From NCBI GenBank assembly GCA_965262115.1, contig OZ253496.1:2368001-2432000 (forward strand): DNA of 64,000 nt, given 5' to 3'. The notes under the pieces were generated by a model. That model saw nothing but the letters and a program-made list of their open reading frames with translations. It was not told the origin of the DNA and made no database searches. The position numbers and the translations under genes were made by a program. This DNA comes from Nitrospinales bacterium (GTDB lineage: Bacteria > Nitrospinota > Nitrospinia > Nitrospinales > VA-1). Shown piece after piece: positions 37,599 to 47,617 of this stretch. Position 1 is the first letter of the stretch; each line of letters begins with the position of its first letter.

Positions 37599-38318
37599 TT
37601 GGCAGAAAACAATCCGATTTATTTCAAGCAGCTATTATCGGGGATTGATTTGGGGACCCAGGATCCCTCGGCACGTTCGATGGCCAACTTTTTATACTTG
37701 ATTGGAGACCAGGAAACTCGCGAATGCGTTGTGGTCGACCCCGCATGGGATATCGATGGAATTCTTAAGGTAGTTGAAGAGGATGGCATGAAGCTGACCG
37801 GTGCCCTAGTGACCCATTACCATCCCGACCATGTGGGAGGAGAAATTTTTGGCATTGAAATTACCGGACTGGCGGAGTTGATGGAAAAACATCCCGTACC
37901 GGTTTATGTGAACAAGCATGAGGCGGAAGGGCTGAAGAAGGTTACGGGAATATCGATGTCCGACATGACACAGGTGGATGGGGAGGATAAGCTTAAAGTG
38001 GGTTCAGTGGAGATCAGTTTTTTGCACACCCCGGGGCATACGCCCGGATCCCAGTGTTTCCGGGTCGCCGATAGTCTTGTTGCTGGCGACACGCTTTTTT
38101 TGCAGGGCTGTGGTCGGGTGGATCTGCCCGGAGGAAACAGTGAAGAATTATTCCACACCCTCACCCGTCGTTTGTCTAAAATTGAAGATCATATCATGTT
38201 GTATCCGGGACATAACTATGGAGGCAGTCCTTCTGGCGAGATGGGGGATGTGCGCCAGTCCAACTCCTACCTTCAAATTCAACGCCTGGAAGATTGGTTG
38301 GCGGTCATGGGCAGGTAA
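37599..38318 (+). CDS. MBL-fold hydrolase (glyoxalase II-like)
   Basis: THYHPDH, HTPGHTPGS, GDTLF..GCGR, YPGHNY. Confidence 0.88.
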   Translation: MAENNPIYFKQLLSGIDLGTQDPSARSMANFLYLIGDQETRECVVVDPAWDIDGILKVVEEDGMKLTGALVTHYHPDHVGGEIFGIEITGLAELMEKHPVPVYVNKHEAEGLKKVTGISMSDMTQVDGEDKLKVGSVEISFLHTPGHTPGSQCFRVADSLVAGDTLFLQGCGRVDLPGGNSEELFHTLTRRLSKIEDHIMLYPGHNYGGSPSGEMGDVRQSNSYLQIQRLEDWLAVMGR

Positions 38319-38425
38319 TACAAAAAGCTCGGGAGCCTGTTTTTTGCCTGTTGCCGGTTCCTATGGGAGCCGGGAAACTGGTTTTTCAGGCCTGTTGTGA
38401 AATGGTATTTTTTACTCTACTAAAG

Positions 38426-38633
38426 GAGACCTTCGCATAAGTCGAAAAACCTGAAAAGCGAGATGCTTCGAGATACCCCTACGGGGCATGAAGTTTAATG
38501 AAGAGGATATCACATACCCCTACGGGGCAAGAATTCAAAGGTCAAATATCACTAGCTCAGCATGACAATACTGGGCCATTTTGTCATTCTGAGGAACAAG
38601 GTGACGAAGAATCTCGGGTTATGCAAGGCTCTC
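38426..38633. mobile_element. MITE copy 2, containing two tandem 40-nt units (38474-38514, 38515-38552)
   Basis: GAGACCTTCGCATAA...TTATGCAAGGCTCTC; flanks CTACTAAAG/CCACTAAAG; collinear with copy 1. Confidence 0.8.
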
Positions 38634-38708
38634 CCACTAAAGGGGTTGCAACTTCCCTGTAAATAAATTAAATTTAGCCTGCTTAACCTTTATGACCAAG
38701 GAGGTCAG

Positions 38709-39380
38709 ATGAGATCCATCCTGTCAATGTTTTCGAAGTCGCCGTTTAAGCCTTTGGCAAGCCATATGGATAAAGTTCGTGCTTGTGTGGAGCAAATCAA
38801 GCCCTTGTTTGAGGCACTGGAAAACAAGGACTACGATTCGGTGCAAAAAGTTTCTGAATTGATCGTGAAGCTGGAGCATGAGGCGGACATGATCAAGGAC
38901 GATATTCGCACTCATATGCGGCAAAGCATGTTCCTGCCGGTTGATAAAAAAGATTTCATGCATATTCTTTCGGCGCAGGATGATATTGCCGATGCCATAG
39001 AAGATTTGGCCGTTTTACTGCGAATCAAAAACCTGGATACCCCGGTTGAAATCAAGCTCCTTTTAAAGGATTTGGTGAGCCATATTGTCAATACTGCACA
39101 TATGGGTTGTGATCTGATTTCCGAGTTGGAAGCTTTGCTGGAGGCTTCTTTCGGTGGTGCTGAAGCGGAAAAAGTGGAAAAGGCTACCCAGGAACTCGGC
39201 ACTGCCGAATGGGAAGCCGACCGCAAGCAGTTTCTACTGGCGAAAAAGTTGTTTGCATTGGGCAATGATTTAGGTCCGGCAGACTTGTTGTTATGGAATG
39301 AAGTGATCAAAAAGCTTGGTGCTGTTGCAGACAAGACGGAACAAATCGGTAAAACTCTTAGGATATTCCTTTCTCAATAA
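38709..39380 (+). CDS. DUF47/TIGR00153 phosphate transport regulator
   Basis: SPFKPL..HM, LEHEADMIK, QDDIAD; upstream of pit. Confidence 0.85.
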   Translation: MRSILSMFSKSPFKPLASHMDKVRACVEQIKPLFEALENKDYDSVQKVSELIVKLEHEADMIKDDIRTHMRQSMFLPVDKKDFMHILSAQDDIADAIEDLAVLLRIKNLDTPVEIKLLLKDLVSHIVNTAHMGCDLISELEALLEASFGGAEAEKVEKATQELGTAEWEADRKQFLLAKKLFALGNDLGPADLLLWNEVIKKLGAVADKTEQIGKTLRIFLSQ

Positions 39381-39426
39381 TTTAATTTCCCTTTAACTTG
39401 TTTTCAATCTCGGCAAGGAGCCTGGT

Positions 39427-40677
39427 TTGGATTTAGACACCTTCCTGCTTTCATTCGCGGTGATCGCCTGTATCTATATGGCCTGTAATATTGGGGCCAA
39501 CGATGTTGCCAACGCGATGGGTACCAGCGTAGGCTCCAAAGCGTTGACCTTTAAACAGGCGATCATGATTGCTGCCGTCGCTGAATTTATCGGAGCTTTT
39601 TTTGTTGGAGGCCATGTTTCCGATACCATTCGCAAGGGGATGCTCGATCCAACCATGTTTGAGGCGGTTCCTTATCATTTAGTTTATGGAATGATTTCTG
39701 CTTTGCTTGCGGCGGCGCTCTGGTTGCATATTGCCAGTTATCTTGGGTGGCCGGTTTCTACAACCCATTCCATTGTGGGAGGCGTTGTGGGATTTGGCGT
39801 CATCGCCGGAGGTATGGATGTCATAAACTGGGGGAAAGTCGGCCAGGTGGTTTTGAGCTGGGTGGTGTCACCGCTTATGGGTGGGTTGGTTGCTTTTATG
39901 GTGTTTAAGTTTATCAATAGAACCGTTTTCAGCAAGCGAACTCCACTGGTCTATGCCAAAGACCTGCTTCCTTATATGGTGTTTTTTGTATTTGTGATCC
40001 TTTCCAACGCCATGTTTTATAAGGGACTGAAAAATCTTCACCTGGATCTTTCCTTTGGTCAGGCTCTGATTATTTCTCTTATCGTGGGGACCCTGGCTTT
40101 TACCGTTACAAAATTTTTGGCGCAAAAAATTCCTTACAACGCTTCCTGGGATCTGCAGAAACAATTCCATGAAACAGAAAAAGTATTTAAATACCTGCAG
40201 ATTTTAACCGCGTTTTATGTGGCTTTTGCTCATGGCTCCAACGATGTAGCTAATGCCGTCGGACCCTTGGCGGCTGTGGTGGCGATTCTCAAAGATGGAC
40301 AGGTGCATATGAAGGTTGTCATGCCGACCTGGATATTGGCGATGGGCGGAGGATTCATCGTTTTTGGGTTATTGATTTGGGGTGCCAAGGTTATGGCCAC
40401 CATTGGAGAAAAAATTACGGAGCTCACTCCCTCGAGGGGATTTGCCGCGACGTTTGGCGCTGCAACAGTGGTATTGATCTGTTCCAAAATGGGACTGCCT
40501 ATTTCAACCACGCATACCTTGGTGGGATCAGTGATTGGAGTGGGGCTGGCCAGGGGCTTGCCAACTCTGAACTTGGATATTATTAAAATGATCGCGATTT
40601 CCTGGATCTCGACCATTCCGTTTACGTCCATAATCTCGATGCTGTGTTACAAAATATTCTTGGTCTTTTTGCCCTAG
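39427..40677 (+). CDS. Inorganic phosphate transporter (PiT family)
   Basis: GANDVANAMGT, PVSTTH, HGSNDVAN, PISTTH. Confidence 0.92.
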   Translation: MDLDTFLLSFAVIACIYMACNIGANDVANAMGTSVGSKALTFKQAIMIAAVAEFIGAFFVGGHVSDTIRKGMLDPTMFEAVPYHLVYGMISALLAAALWLHIASYLGWPVSTTHSIVGGVVGFGVIAGGMDVINWGKVGQVVLSWVVSPLMGGLVAFMVFKFINRTVFSKRTPLVYAKDLLPYMVFFVFVILSNAMFYKGLKNLHLDLSFGQALIISLIVGTLAFTVTKFLAQKIPYNASWDLQKQFHETEKVFKYLQILTAFYVAFAHGSNDVANAVGPLAAVVAILKDGQVHMKVVMPTWILAMGGGFIVFGLLIWGAKVMATIGEKITELTPSRGFAATFGAATVVLICSKMGLPISTTHTLVGSVIGVGLARGLPTLNLDIIKMIAISWISTIPFTSIISMLCYKIFLVFLP

Positions 40678-40708
40678 CGCGATTTAGTTACCCAAAGGAG
40701 ATAAAAAC

Positions 40709-40745
40709 AAAACCCCCCTGGCCTCTCGGCCAGGGGGGTTTTTTT
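40709..40745. terminator. Bidirectional intrinsic terminator
   Basis: AAAACCCCCCTGGCC-TCTC-GGCCAGGGGGGTTTT between convergent genes. Confidence 0.8.
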
Positions 40746-40767
40746 ATAGGATATGAATAATCCCGAG

Positions 40768-40992
40768 TCAGTTGTAATTTTGTTTTTGCAGGTATTCTGG
40801 CAGAGCCCACTCCAGCTTATCTAAATCTGTATTATAGTGAGCTAAAGCCCCGCAGAAGGAGCAATACTCGATCCCAACTTCGTAGTCCAGGGTGACAGCG
40901 TTGGCCCTGTGCTCACAAAACTTCTTTTTTACTGCCGGGTATCCGCCGTCATTATCTTCAAACCATCCTTTAGAAATTGTTAAGTCTTCCAT
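40768..40992 (-). CDS. Small hypothetical protein, possibly zinc-binding
   Basis: 74 aa, CEH...CSFCG; AGGAG RBS. Confidence 0.55.
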   Translation of the reverse strand: MEDLTISKGWFEDNDGGYPAVKKKFCEHRANAVTLDYEVGIEYCSFCGALAHYNTDLDKLEWALPEYLQKQNYN

Positions 40993-41219
40993 TACATCTC
41001 CTTGTTCATGCTAGTTCAAAGATCACTGTCACTCTTAACTTTGATAGTGTCCCCTATGTTAAGACACAATTCAAGCTTTAATTAATCTCTTGTAAAATTT
41101 TATGGACTCGTTTATTGATGCTTTTTGGTTGATAGGGGATGGTGGAGTATGGTTTTTGCGGGGAGTGTTCGAAGGGCCGGTTTGTTAAACGGTTTGAAGG
41201 GAAATCTGGCTGACTTCTT

Positions 41220-41648
41220 CTAATTGAGCCTCTGCTCGCTCAATAATTTGTTCAAGATACAAGTCTTCGGATAACTGAACCGCCTCCCAGGCACTTTTTG
41301 TAAGAATATATTTTTCCGGTTCGCTATCAGAACCAAAAATAATCTTATGGCTGATGGTATCTGCCAGATGAATGGTGGCGGCTTCAAGGGGAAAATTTTG
41401 AGCCGATGAAGGAAAGTGATGATGGGCAACGGCTTCCTGTAAATTTTCAGGGAGATGCCAGGCTCTGAGGAGAGCCCCGCCGACACCACCATGATCAAAA
41501 CCAAAGTATTTGGCTTTATGCCAACGGTCGCCGCTTTTTCAGCAAAGTCATATACAATCTTGAGTTGATCGGGAACTTTTAAGCACATCACCAAACGGCC
41601 GATATCGTGTAGGAGTCCTGCTACAAATAATCTTTCCCCATAGAACAA
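41220..41648 (-). pseudogene. HDOD-domain protein fragment
   Basis: LFVAGLLHDIGRLV motif, no N-terminal half, frame degenerates downstream. Confidence 0.6.
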
Positions 41649-41817
41649 ATAAAGGAGGTATTTATAAATATCCCAGCCCGGATAAATGTGTTTTTATTTG
41701 TTCTCCCCGATTCTGATTCTAGCCTAAAAGGTAAATCTGTTCCCCTTGTCAATTGTGCCAATCATGTAAATTTTTAAAAGTGTTAGGGATATTGAAGCAG
41801 GGAAGTGCGGAAAATCA

Positions 41818-42171
41818 TTGATACTTTGTCAATTATCCCTGTTCATGCAAGTCTTTGGGTTTGGGATATTTGCACTCATTTATTGCAAAAATTTACTTAT
41901 TGTCCCCATCTTTGAGGACCATAAAGCTTCTCCCCTGTTTAAGGGGGTATTCTTTTCTCTGATGATTTTTGCGGTGGAGAATCGAGTGACTTATAATCAT
42001 GTCATGTTCTTCACGGATCAAAATAAAGTATTGAGAATTTTTCTTTATCTCCTTTTATTTTTGATCAGTTTTCTGGTTTTTGATTCTATAACGGTGGTGG
42101 CAACGGTTATTTTTGCGGTGGGAGCTCTGGACTATTTTTTGTTCAAAGCCTATCAGAAAGAGAGTCGTTGA
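41818..42171 (+). CDS. Hypothetical membrane protein
   Basis: Several hydrophobic segments; abuts the next gene. Confidence 0.45.
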   Translation: MILCQLSLFMQVFGFGIFALIYCKNLLIVPIFEDHKASPLFKGVFFSLMIFAVENRVTYNHVMFFTDQNKVLRIFLYLLLFLISFLVFDSITVVATVIFAVGALDYFLFKAYQKESR

Positions 42172-42188
42172 TTCATGGAGATTTTTTG

Positions 42189-42986
42189 ATGAAAGTTTTG
42201 GGTCAGCTCCGCAAAATGAGCGTGGAAGCTCAGAATCCGATTGCTTATTTTTTAAGCCTGGATAAAAAGCCCCATCCCTTGAATCCACATATTGGCAAGA
42301 CTGTGGATTTAAAATGGTCGGGCACCATAACCTGCATCGAATGCGGTCGGAAGACCCGTAAATCTTATGACCAGGGCTATTGTTTTGTCTGTTCCCGGGA
42401 CCTTCCTGAAAATGCCATGTGTTCGGTTCGACCGGAACTTTGCCAACATGAAAAAGGCAACGAGGCCGATCGTGAGTTTTGGCGCACCTATTGCAATATC
42501 GATCACTTTGTTTATCTTTCATTGACCAGCGGGGTGAAGGTCGGCATCACACGGCACTATAATATTCCAGACCGCTGGATCGATCAGGGAGCGGTAAAAG
42601 GATTGATCATCGCCAAGGTTCCTGAAAGGGTTCTGTGCGGCCAGATTGAAGTGGCCCTGGCCAAACATTTTGCCGACAAAACCAATTGGCGCAAAATGTT
42701 GAAAGGGGAGGTGGGAGAGGTTGACCTGCTGGCATTCCGTGACGAGGCGCACCAGCTTTTTCCGCAAGCATTAAAAGGGTATGCTGTGACGGATGTGCAG
42801 GTTGAAGAGTTGATTTATCCGGTTGAATCGGTTCCTGAAAAAATCTCCAGCCATAATCTCGATAAAATCCCTGAATTCACGGATCGATTGACAGGCATCA
42901 AAGGCCAGTACCTGATTTTTGAACACAGGGTGATCAACATGCGAAAATATGCGGGTTACCATGTGGAGTTCGATTTTCACCACTAG
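42189..42986 (+). CDS. DUF2797 family protein
   Basis: CIECGRKTRKSYDQGYC, HFVYL, KVGITR, RWIDQGA, DKTNWRKML, LTGIKGQYL. Confidence 0.85.
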   Translation: MKVLGQLRKMSVEAQNPIAYFLSLDKKPHPLNPHIGKTVDLKWSGTITCIECGRKTRKSYDQGYCFVCSRDLPENAMCSVRPELCQHEKGNEADREFWRTYCNIDHFVYLSLTSGVKVGITRHYNIPDRWIDQGAVKGLIIAKVPERVLCGQIEVALAKHFADKTNWRKMLKGEVGEVDLLAFRDEAHQLFPQALKGYAVTDVQVEELIYPVESVPEKISSHNLDKIPEFTDRLTGIKGQYLIFEHRVINMRKYAGYHVEFDFHH

Positions 42987-43079
42987 CCGTGGAGGCGACT
43001 GGGCAAGGGCTCTTTGAGCCGAGAAGACTCTTTGCTCGCCAGAGAAAGCGATTGCATGCTGGGCCCCACGCAAGTGAAA

Positions 43080-43108
43080 AAAAGCCGCGCTAAAAAAGCG
43101 CGGCTTTT
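43080..43108. terminator. Bidirectional terminator
   Basis: AAAAGCCGCGC/GCGCGGCTTTT stem. Confidence 0.7.
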
Positions 43109-43132
43109 CATTAAATTTATAAGTGTGATAAG

Positions 43133-44047
43133 TCAGGCTATCTGAGTGACAACTTTTCCGATAAATGCAGGGGCTTCCTTTTCTCCCTGATCCGGATTGG
43201 GGATCAACTGAGCCACTTTAATGTCTTTGGCGAGGCCGAGTTTTTCCAGTACACAAAGAGCCCACCAGGTCATGTCAATTTCCCAGGGCCGTAAACCATG
43301 CCGGGCAGATTTAGGAAATGCGTGGTGATTATTGTGCCAGCCTTCCCCCCAAGCCAAAAGCCCGACCCACCAGCAATTGGTGGAAAGATCGTCTTTGAGC
43401 GGAAAGGTCACATAGCCAAAATAATGTGCTGCGCTGTTCACCAGCCAGGTGGAATGGTAGGTCACCACTAACCGGACGAAGACTCCCCAAATGACCCAAG
43501 GCAACCCGCCGATGGCGAGCAACATAAAACCGAAGGCAAATTGAACTAAAATAAAATATTTGTCGAGAAATTTATAAAACTTGTCTTCACAAAAATCCTT
43601 TGTGTAGTCTTGAAGCACCTGTTCGTCATCAAACTTGGAATGGGTATGAAACATCCAGTTAAGATGTGCCCACCAGAAACCTTTTTTGACGCTGTGCGGG
43701 TCTTCCGGCGTGTCTGAACCGGCGTGGTGCATGCGGTGTTGCCCGACCCATTTGATGGGGCCGTTCTGGCAGGCCAGTGTCCCAAACAAAACGAGAATGT
43801 TTGCCACCCACTTGGGCGCGGTAAACCCCCGATGCGTGAGATAGCGATGGTAACCCAGGCAGATGCCCAGTGAAGCGGTGACCCAGTATAGAAAAAACAT
43901 CACTGCTACCGCGCTCCAGGAAAACGCAAACGGAAAAAAAGCGAGCAACGCCATGCCATGCACAACGGCGAGCACGGTCGTGGAGATCGGGTTAAATTTG
44001 AGTTGGTGTTTCTCAGCAGAATCACTGGTCATGGAAAGGCTCCCCAT
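43133..44047 (-). CDS. Delta-9 acyl-lipid/acyl-CoA desaturase
   Basis: His boxes HRYLTH, HRMHH, HNNHH. Confidence 0.9.
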   Translation of the reverse strand: MGSLSMTSDSAEKHQLKFNPISTTVLAVVHGMALLAFFPFAFSWSAVAVMFFLYWVTASLGICLGYHRYLTHRGFTAPKWVANILVLFGTLACQNGPIKWVGQHRMHHAGSDTPEDPHSVKKGFWWAHLNWMFHTHSKFDDEQVLQDYTKDFCEDKFYKFLDKYFILVQFAFGFMLLAIGGLPWVIWGVFVRLVVTYHSTWLVNSAAHYFGYVTFPLKDDLSTNCWWVGLLAWGEGWHNNHHAFPKSARHGLRPWEIDMTWWALCVLEKLGLAKDIKVAQLIPNPDQGEKEAPAFIGKVVTQIA

Positions 44048-44419
44048 TTAAAGGCTCTTACACAGCTTCATGATATCTTGACCCGGCAAAACTCTTTGTA
44101 AAAGTTATGTAATATCCTGCTAGCGCAGGGCCAATGAGCAATCGCTTTATCTGGCGGGCAAGCAGTATCGGCAGCTTAATTAAGTCTTTGCCAGTTACCA
44201 CCGGGCGTTGCTCGGTCGGCGTGGCCAGCTGATCTTATCTCTATTGGGCCCCGAGTACCATTGTCAGCGGTAAAAAGATATTGCTCGTTCCCTGCGAAGG
44301 CACTCCGTCCCTGCGAAGGCACTCCGTATAATAAGCTTTCAATTTAGGTCTGGAGCTTGGTAAAGTGGCAGAAATTAGAGGGTTGTGGGAAATGCAGGGT
44401 TATCGGAACTGGAAGGTGA

Positions 44420-45382
44420 GTGGCAATGGGTAAATTACGGGCTTTGTTCCATCCCATTATGGTCTTTATCGGGGTTCAGATTGCCTGGATCGTGCTCATG
44501 GCGGTCTGGATCAACTGGTACCTGGAAAATAACCTGGCGATCAAGGAGTTTGCCCAGGAAATCCGCCCGGATTTGTTCACTGCCGAAATTCAGTGGCTGA
44601 TTTTGTTTGAAGGCTGTTTCCTGATGCTCCTGATTCTCGCGGGGGTCTATGTGATCTTTGTTTACTGGAACAAGCAGAACCGTTTGAACCAGATGCAAAG
44701 CAATTTTGTCGCCAGTGTTTCGCATGAGCTGAAATCTCCCCTCGCTTCCATTCAACTCTACCTTGAGACTCTGAAGTACCAGGATGTCTCGAAGGAGGAA
44801 GAAAAAGATTTTGTCGAAACCATGTTGTCGGACACTCAACGCCTTTCCGGCTTGATCGATAACATCTTGCAATCGAGTAAGGCCGATCCCAAGAGCATGG
44901 CCTTGCAGTTCCAGCCTGTGAACCTGGGTGAGTTCCTTGAGGAAGTGGTTCAGGGTCACAAACGCCAGTTGGAGGAAAAAAATTGTCTGGTCGATTTAAA
45001 ACTGGAAGCTTCTCCCACGCTGAACCTGGACCAAAAGGCCCTGCGTATGGTTTTCAATAACCTTATCAGCAATGCTATCCGGTACTCTCCTGTGGGTTGT
45101 CCGCTGAATATCCATCTCCACAGAACCGGCAAATACTGGGAAGTGGATTTTGCGGATCAGGGATTCGGGTTTGACAAAAAAGACATGAAAAAGATTTTCA
45201 GAAAATTTTATCGGGTGCAGAATACAGACACGCAGAATATTGAAGGGGCCGGGTTGGGCCTGTTCATTTCCAGTGAAATTGTTAAAAACCATAAAGGCCG
45301 GTTAAAAGTTTCCAGTCCGGGCAGGGGAAAAGGTTCAATATTTTCCGTCTTGCTTCCGGCCAGCCGGGAAGTTGAGGCTTGA
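44420..45382 (+). CDS. Sensor histidine kinase
   Basis: Two TM helices, SHELKSPL, NLISNAIRY, GAGLGL. Confidence 0.9.
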   Translation: MAMGKLRALFHPIMVFIGVQIAWIVLMAVWINWYLENNLAIKEFAQEIRPDLFTAEIQWLILFEGCFLMLLILAGVYVIFVYWNKQNRLNQMQSNFVASVSHELKSPLASIQLYLETLKYQDVSKEEEKDFVETMLSDTQRLSGLIDNILQSSKADPKSMALQFQPVNLGEFLEEVVQGHKRQLEEKNCLVDLKLEASPTLNLDQKALRMVFNNLISNAIRYSPVGCPLNIHLHRTGKYWEVDFADQGFGFDKKDMKKIFRKFYRVQNTDTQNIEGAGLGLFISSEIVKNHKGRLKVSSPGRGKGSIFSVLLPASREVEA

Positions 45383-45520
45383 ACCGGCTAGCCGCCGGGG
45401 GCGATTAGCGATAGCTTTAGTTGGCTGGCAAAGAGTTGTCGCGGCTAATGAATTGTTACCATTAAAGAAAAACCGAATAAATAGAGACTTCCTTTGAAGT
45501 GGTTATGAAGATTTGGATGA

Positions 45521-46237
45521 GTGATGGATAATAGCGGAAAAAAAATTCTAGTTGTCGAAGATGAAGCTCATCTTGCCAAGGTACTGCAGTTCAATCTGGA
45601 GCGAGAGGGTTATCGGGTCACTCTCGTCGATAGCGGTCAGTCAGCGGTGGAGGTTCTGGGGAAAGAGGATTTTGATCTGATGATCCTCGATATTATGCTC
45701 CCGAAGTTGAGCGGACTGGAAGTGGCCAGGCGGATTCGTAGTACTGACATGCGCTTCCCGATTTTGATGCTGTCTGCCAAGTCCGCCGACGAAGACCGGG
45801 AACTGGGGCTCGCCGCCGGAGCCGATGATTATCTGGCTAAACCGTTCCACCTGCCGGAACTCCTGCTCAGGGTCAAAGGAATCCTGCGCCGCTGGGAATG
45901 GTACAAGGAACCGGTGCACGATCAGGAGATTTTTCAGTTTGGCGACAGTTGGATCAACTTTGCCAGCGGCAAAGCCAAAGGGTGTTCCGGGGAATTCTAC
46001 CTGACAGCGAAAGAAGCGTTGCTAATGAAACTGCTGGTGTCGCAAAAAGGAAATATCGTGACCCGTGAGGAATTGCTGGAAAAAGTCTGGGGTTATGACC
46101 CGCAGACCGAAACCCGCACGGTGGATAATTTTGTGGCTCGCCTGCGCAAATATTTTGAGAAGAAACCCCAGTCCCCCAAACACATCATCACCCACCGCGA
46201 AAAAGGCTACGAGTTTAAGTCTGACCCAAAGAAATAA
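45521..46237 (+). CDS. OmpR-family response regulator
   Basis: VVEDE, LDIMLP, GADDYLAKPF, TRTVDNFVARLR. Confidence 0.92.
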   Translation: MMDNSGKKILVVEDEAHLAKVLQFNLEREGYRVTLVDSGQSAVEVLGKEDFDLMILDIMLPKLSGLEVARRIRSTDMRFPILMLSAKSADEDRELGLAAGADDYLAKPFHLPELLLRVKGILRRWEWYKEPVHDQEIFQFGDSWINFASGKAKGCSGEFYLTAKEALLMKLLVSQKGNIVTREELLEKVWGYDPQTETRTVDNFVARLRKYFEKKPQSPKHIITHREKGYEFKSDPKK

Positions 46238-46243
46238 AAAGTT

Positions 46244-46942
46244 TTAGATTAGCTTTTCTTTTAAGCTCTGTTCAAACCGTCCTAAGTTTTGTTTGATCCC
46301 CTCACTGGAAACACCATGAATATAAGGGCAGGTGCCGAGAATCGGTGCATCTGAAAATTTTTCAATCAGAGAACCCTGCTCGGCTTCAATGGCATCCAAC
46401 GCACCTTCTTCCGCCGGGTTGAGGATCACACCTTTGACTTTCAGTCCATGCTGTCGGGCGGCGTTGATGGTCAAAAGGGTATGATTCAAAGTGCCTGTCT
46501 GAATGCGGCTGACAATGATGAGGGGAAGGTTCATTTGCAAAGCCAGATCGGCCACATGATAACGCTGGGTGATCGGGACCATGAGGCCGCCGATGCCCTC
46601 CACCAGCATCGTGGAGTGTTTGGACTGAAGTGCGTGAAACTTCTCCAGTATTTTTTCAGGGTCGATCTCTTTTCCTTCGATTCTGGCGGCTTGATAGGGA
46701 GAGGCCGGGATTTTTAACCGGTAGGGGCAGATATCTTCCAGTGCGTCCGGGGTTCCTGAAACTTCCATCAGAAACCTGGCATCGGAATTGGCGGAAGAAC
46801 TGCATTCAGGGTCCACGCCGGTCTCAATCGGCTTCATCACCCCGACATCTTCACCCTGGTTTTTGAACAGGGTGGCCAGACAGGCGGTGACCACAGTCTT
46901 GCCCATACCAGTATCGGTTCCTGTAATAAAATAGCCTTTCAT
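46244..46942 (-). CDS. bioD: Dethiobiotin synthase
   Basis: ITGTDTGMGKT, KPIETG, VEGIGG, GTLNHTLL. Confidence 0.92.
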   Translation of the reverse strand: MKGYFITGTDTGMGKTVVTACLATLFKNQGEDVGVMKPIETGVDPECSSSANSDARFLMEVSGTPDALEDICPYRLKIPASPYQAARIEGKEIDPEKILEKFHALQSKHSTMLVEGIGGLMVPITQRYHVADLALQMNLPLIIVSRIQTGTLNHTLLTINAARQHGLKVKGVILNPAEEGALDAIEAEQGSLIEKFSDAPILGTCPYIHGVSSEGIKQNLGRFEQSLKEKLI

Positions 46943-47140
46943 GTTTGTCCCGGAGTTTATTCTCAACCTGCAAATCTGATATAATTAATAGCGGCTTCCC
47001 GGTGAGGAGGCAAGTTATTAATGAAAGGGCCTTGGGGAATTGTCTGTGGCCATGAGCACGCTCTTAAATCGAGGCGTGCGAATTGCCAGGATGGATTGAT
47101 CGAATTACGTAGGTGCCTTGAACTTATTTCGAGTTAGGTG

Positions 47141-47429
47141 ATGGGATCAAAAAAGCTTGAAGTTATTTGACCCTTGTGAAGCCAAACTTCAGGTGGACAA
47201 AAAAACTGGTGAAGTGATCTGGGAAGAAAGAAAGCCCAAGCCGGTGGTTTCTCTCACCGATATGGTGAAGGGTCTGGAAAACCAGAAAAAAGAACAGCAG
47301 AACATGTTTAAGAAAAACAGTGAGAACCAGAAGGAACGGGGTCGGGTTCTCGATGAAATTTTTAAAGAATCGCAAAAGCATGTCGATAAATCCGGCGAAA
47401 GACCTCTGCGCGATTTCGATCTGGATTAG
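47141..47429 (+). pseudogene. Small zinc-ribbon-like protein with disrupted N-terminus
   Basis: ATG frame MGSKKLEVI stops at TGA where CxxC is expected; CEAKLQVDKKTGEV...RDFDLD continues in another frame. Confidence 0.4.
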
Positions 47430-47617
47430 TTCAGCATGACAACGAAAACCCATCATCGCGACCCTCTGGAAGGAGCGTGGCGATCCAGGTTTCTTGGGCC
47501 ATAAAAAATCCAACCCTCCCTTAATCCCTCCCTATGAAGGGAGGGAAGATATAAATTTTTCAGAGGCCCGTGAGCAAAGCGAGCGTTGGCCTCCCATTGC
47601 CCCCGGCGGCTCGCCGG

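Noticed and set aside
1804..38552. 40-nt units as CRISPR repeats or integron attC sites
   Set aside because: Dispersed, no regular spacers, no cas or intI gene, no RYYYAAC/GTTRRRY ends
44290..44327. 19-bp perfect tandem duplication CCCTGCGAAGGCACTCCGT
   Set aside because: Only two copies; simple slippage or assembly artefact, no function supported
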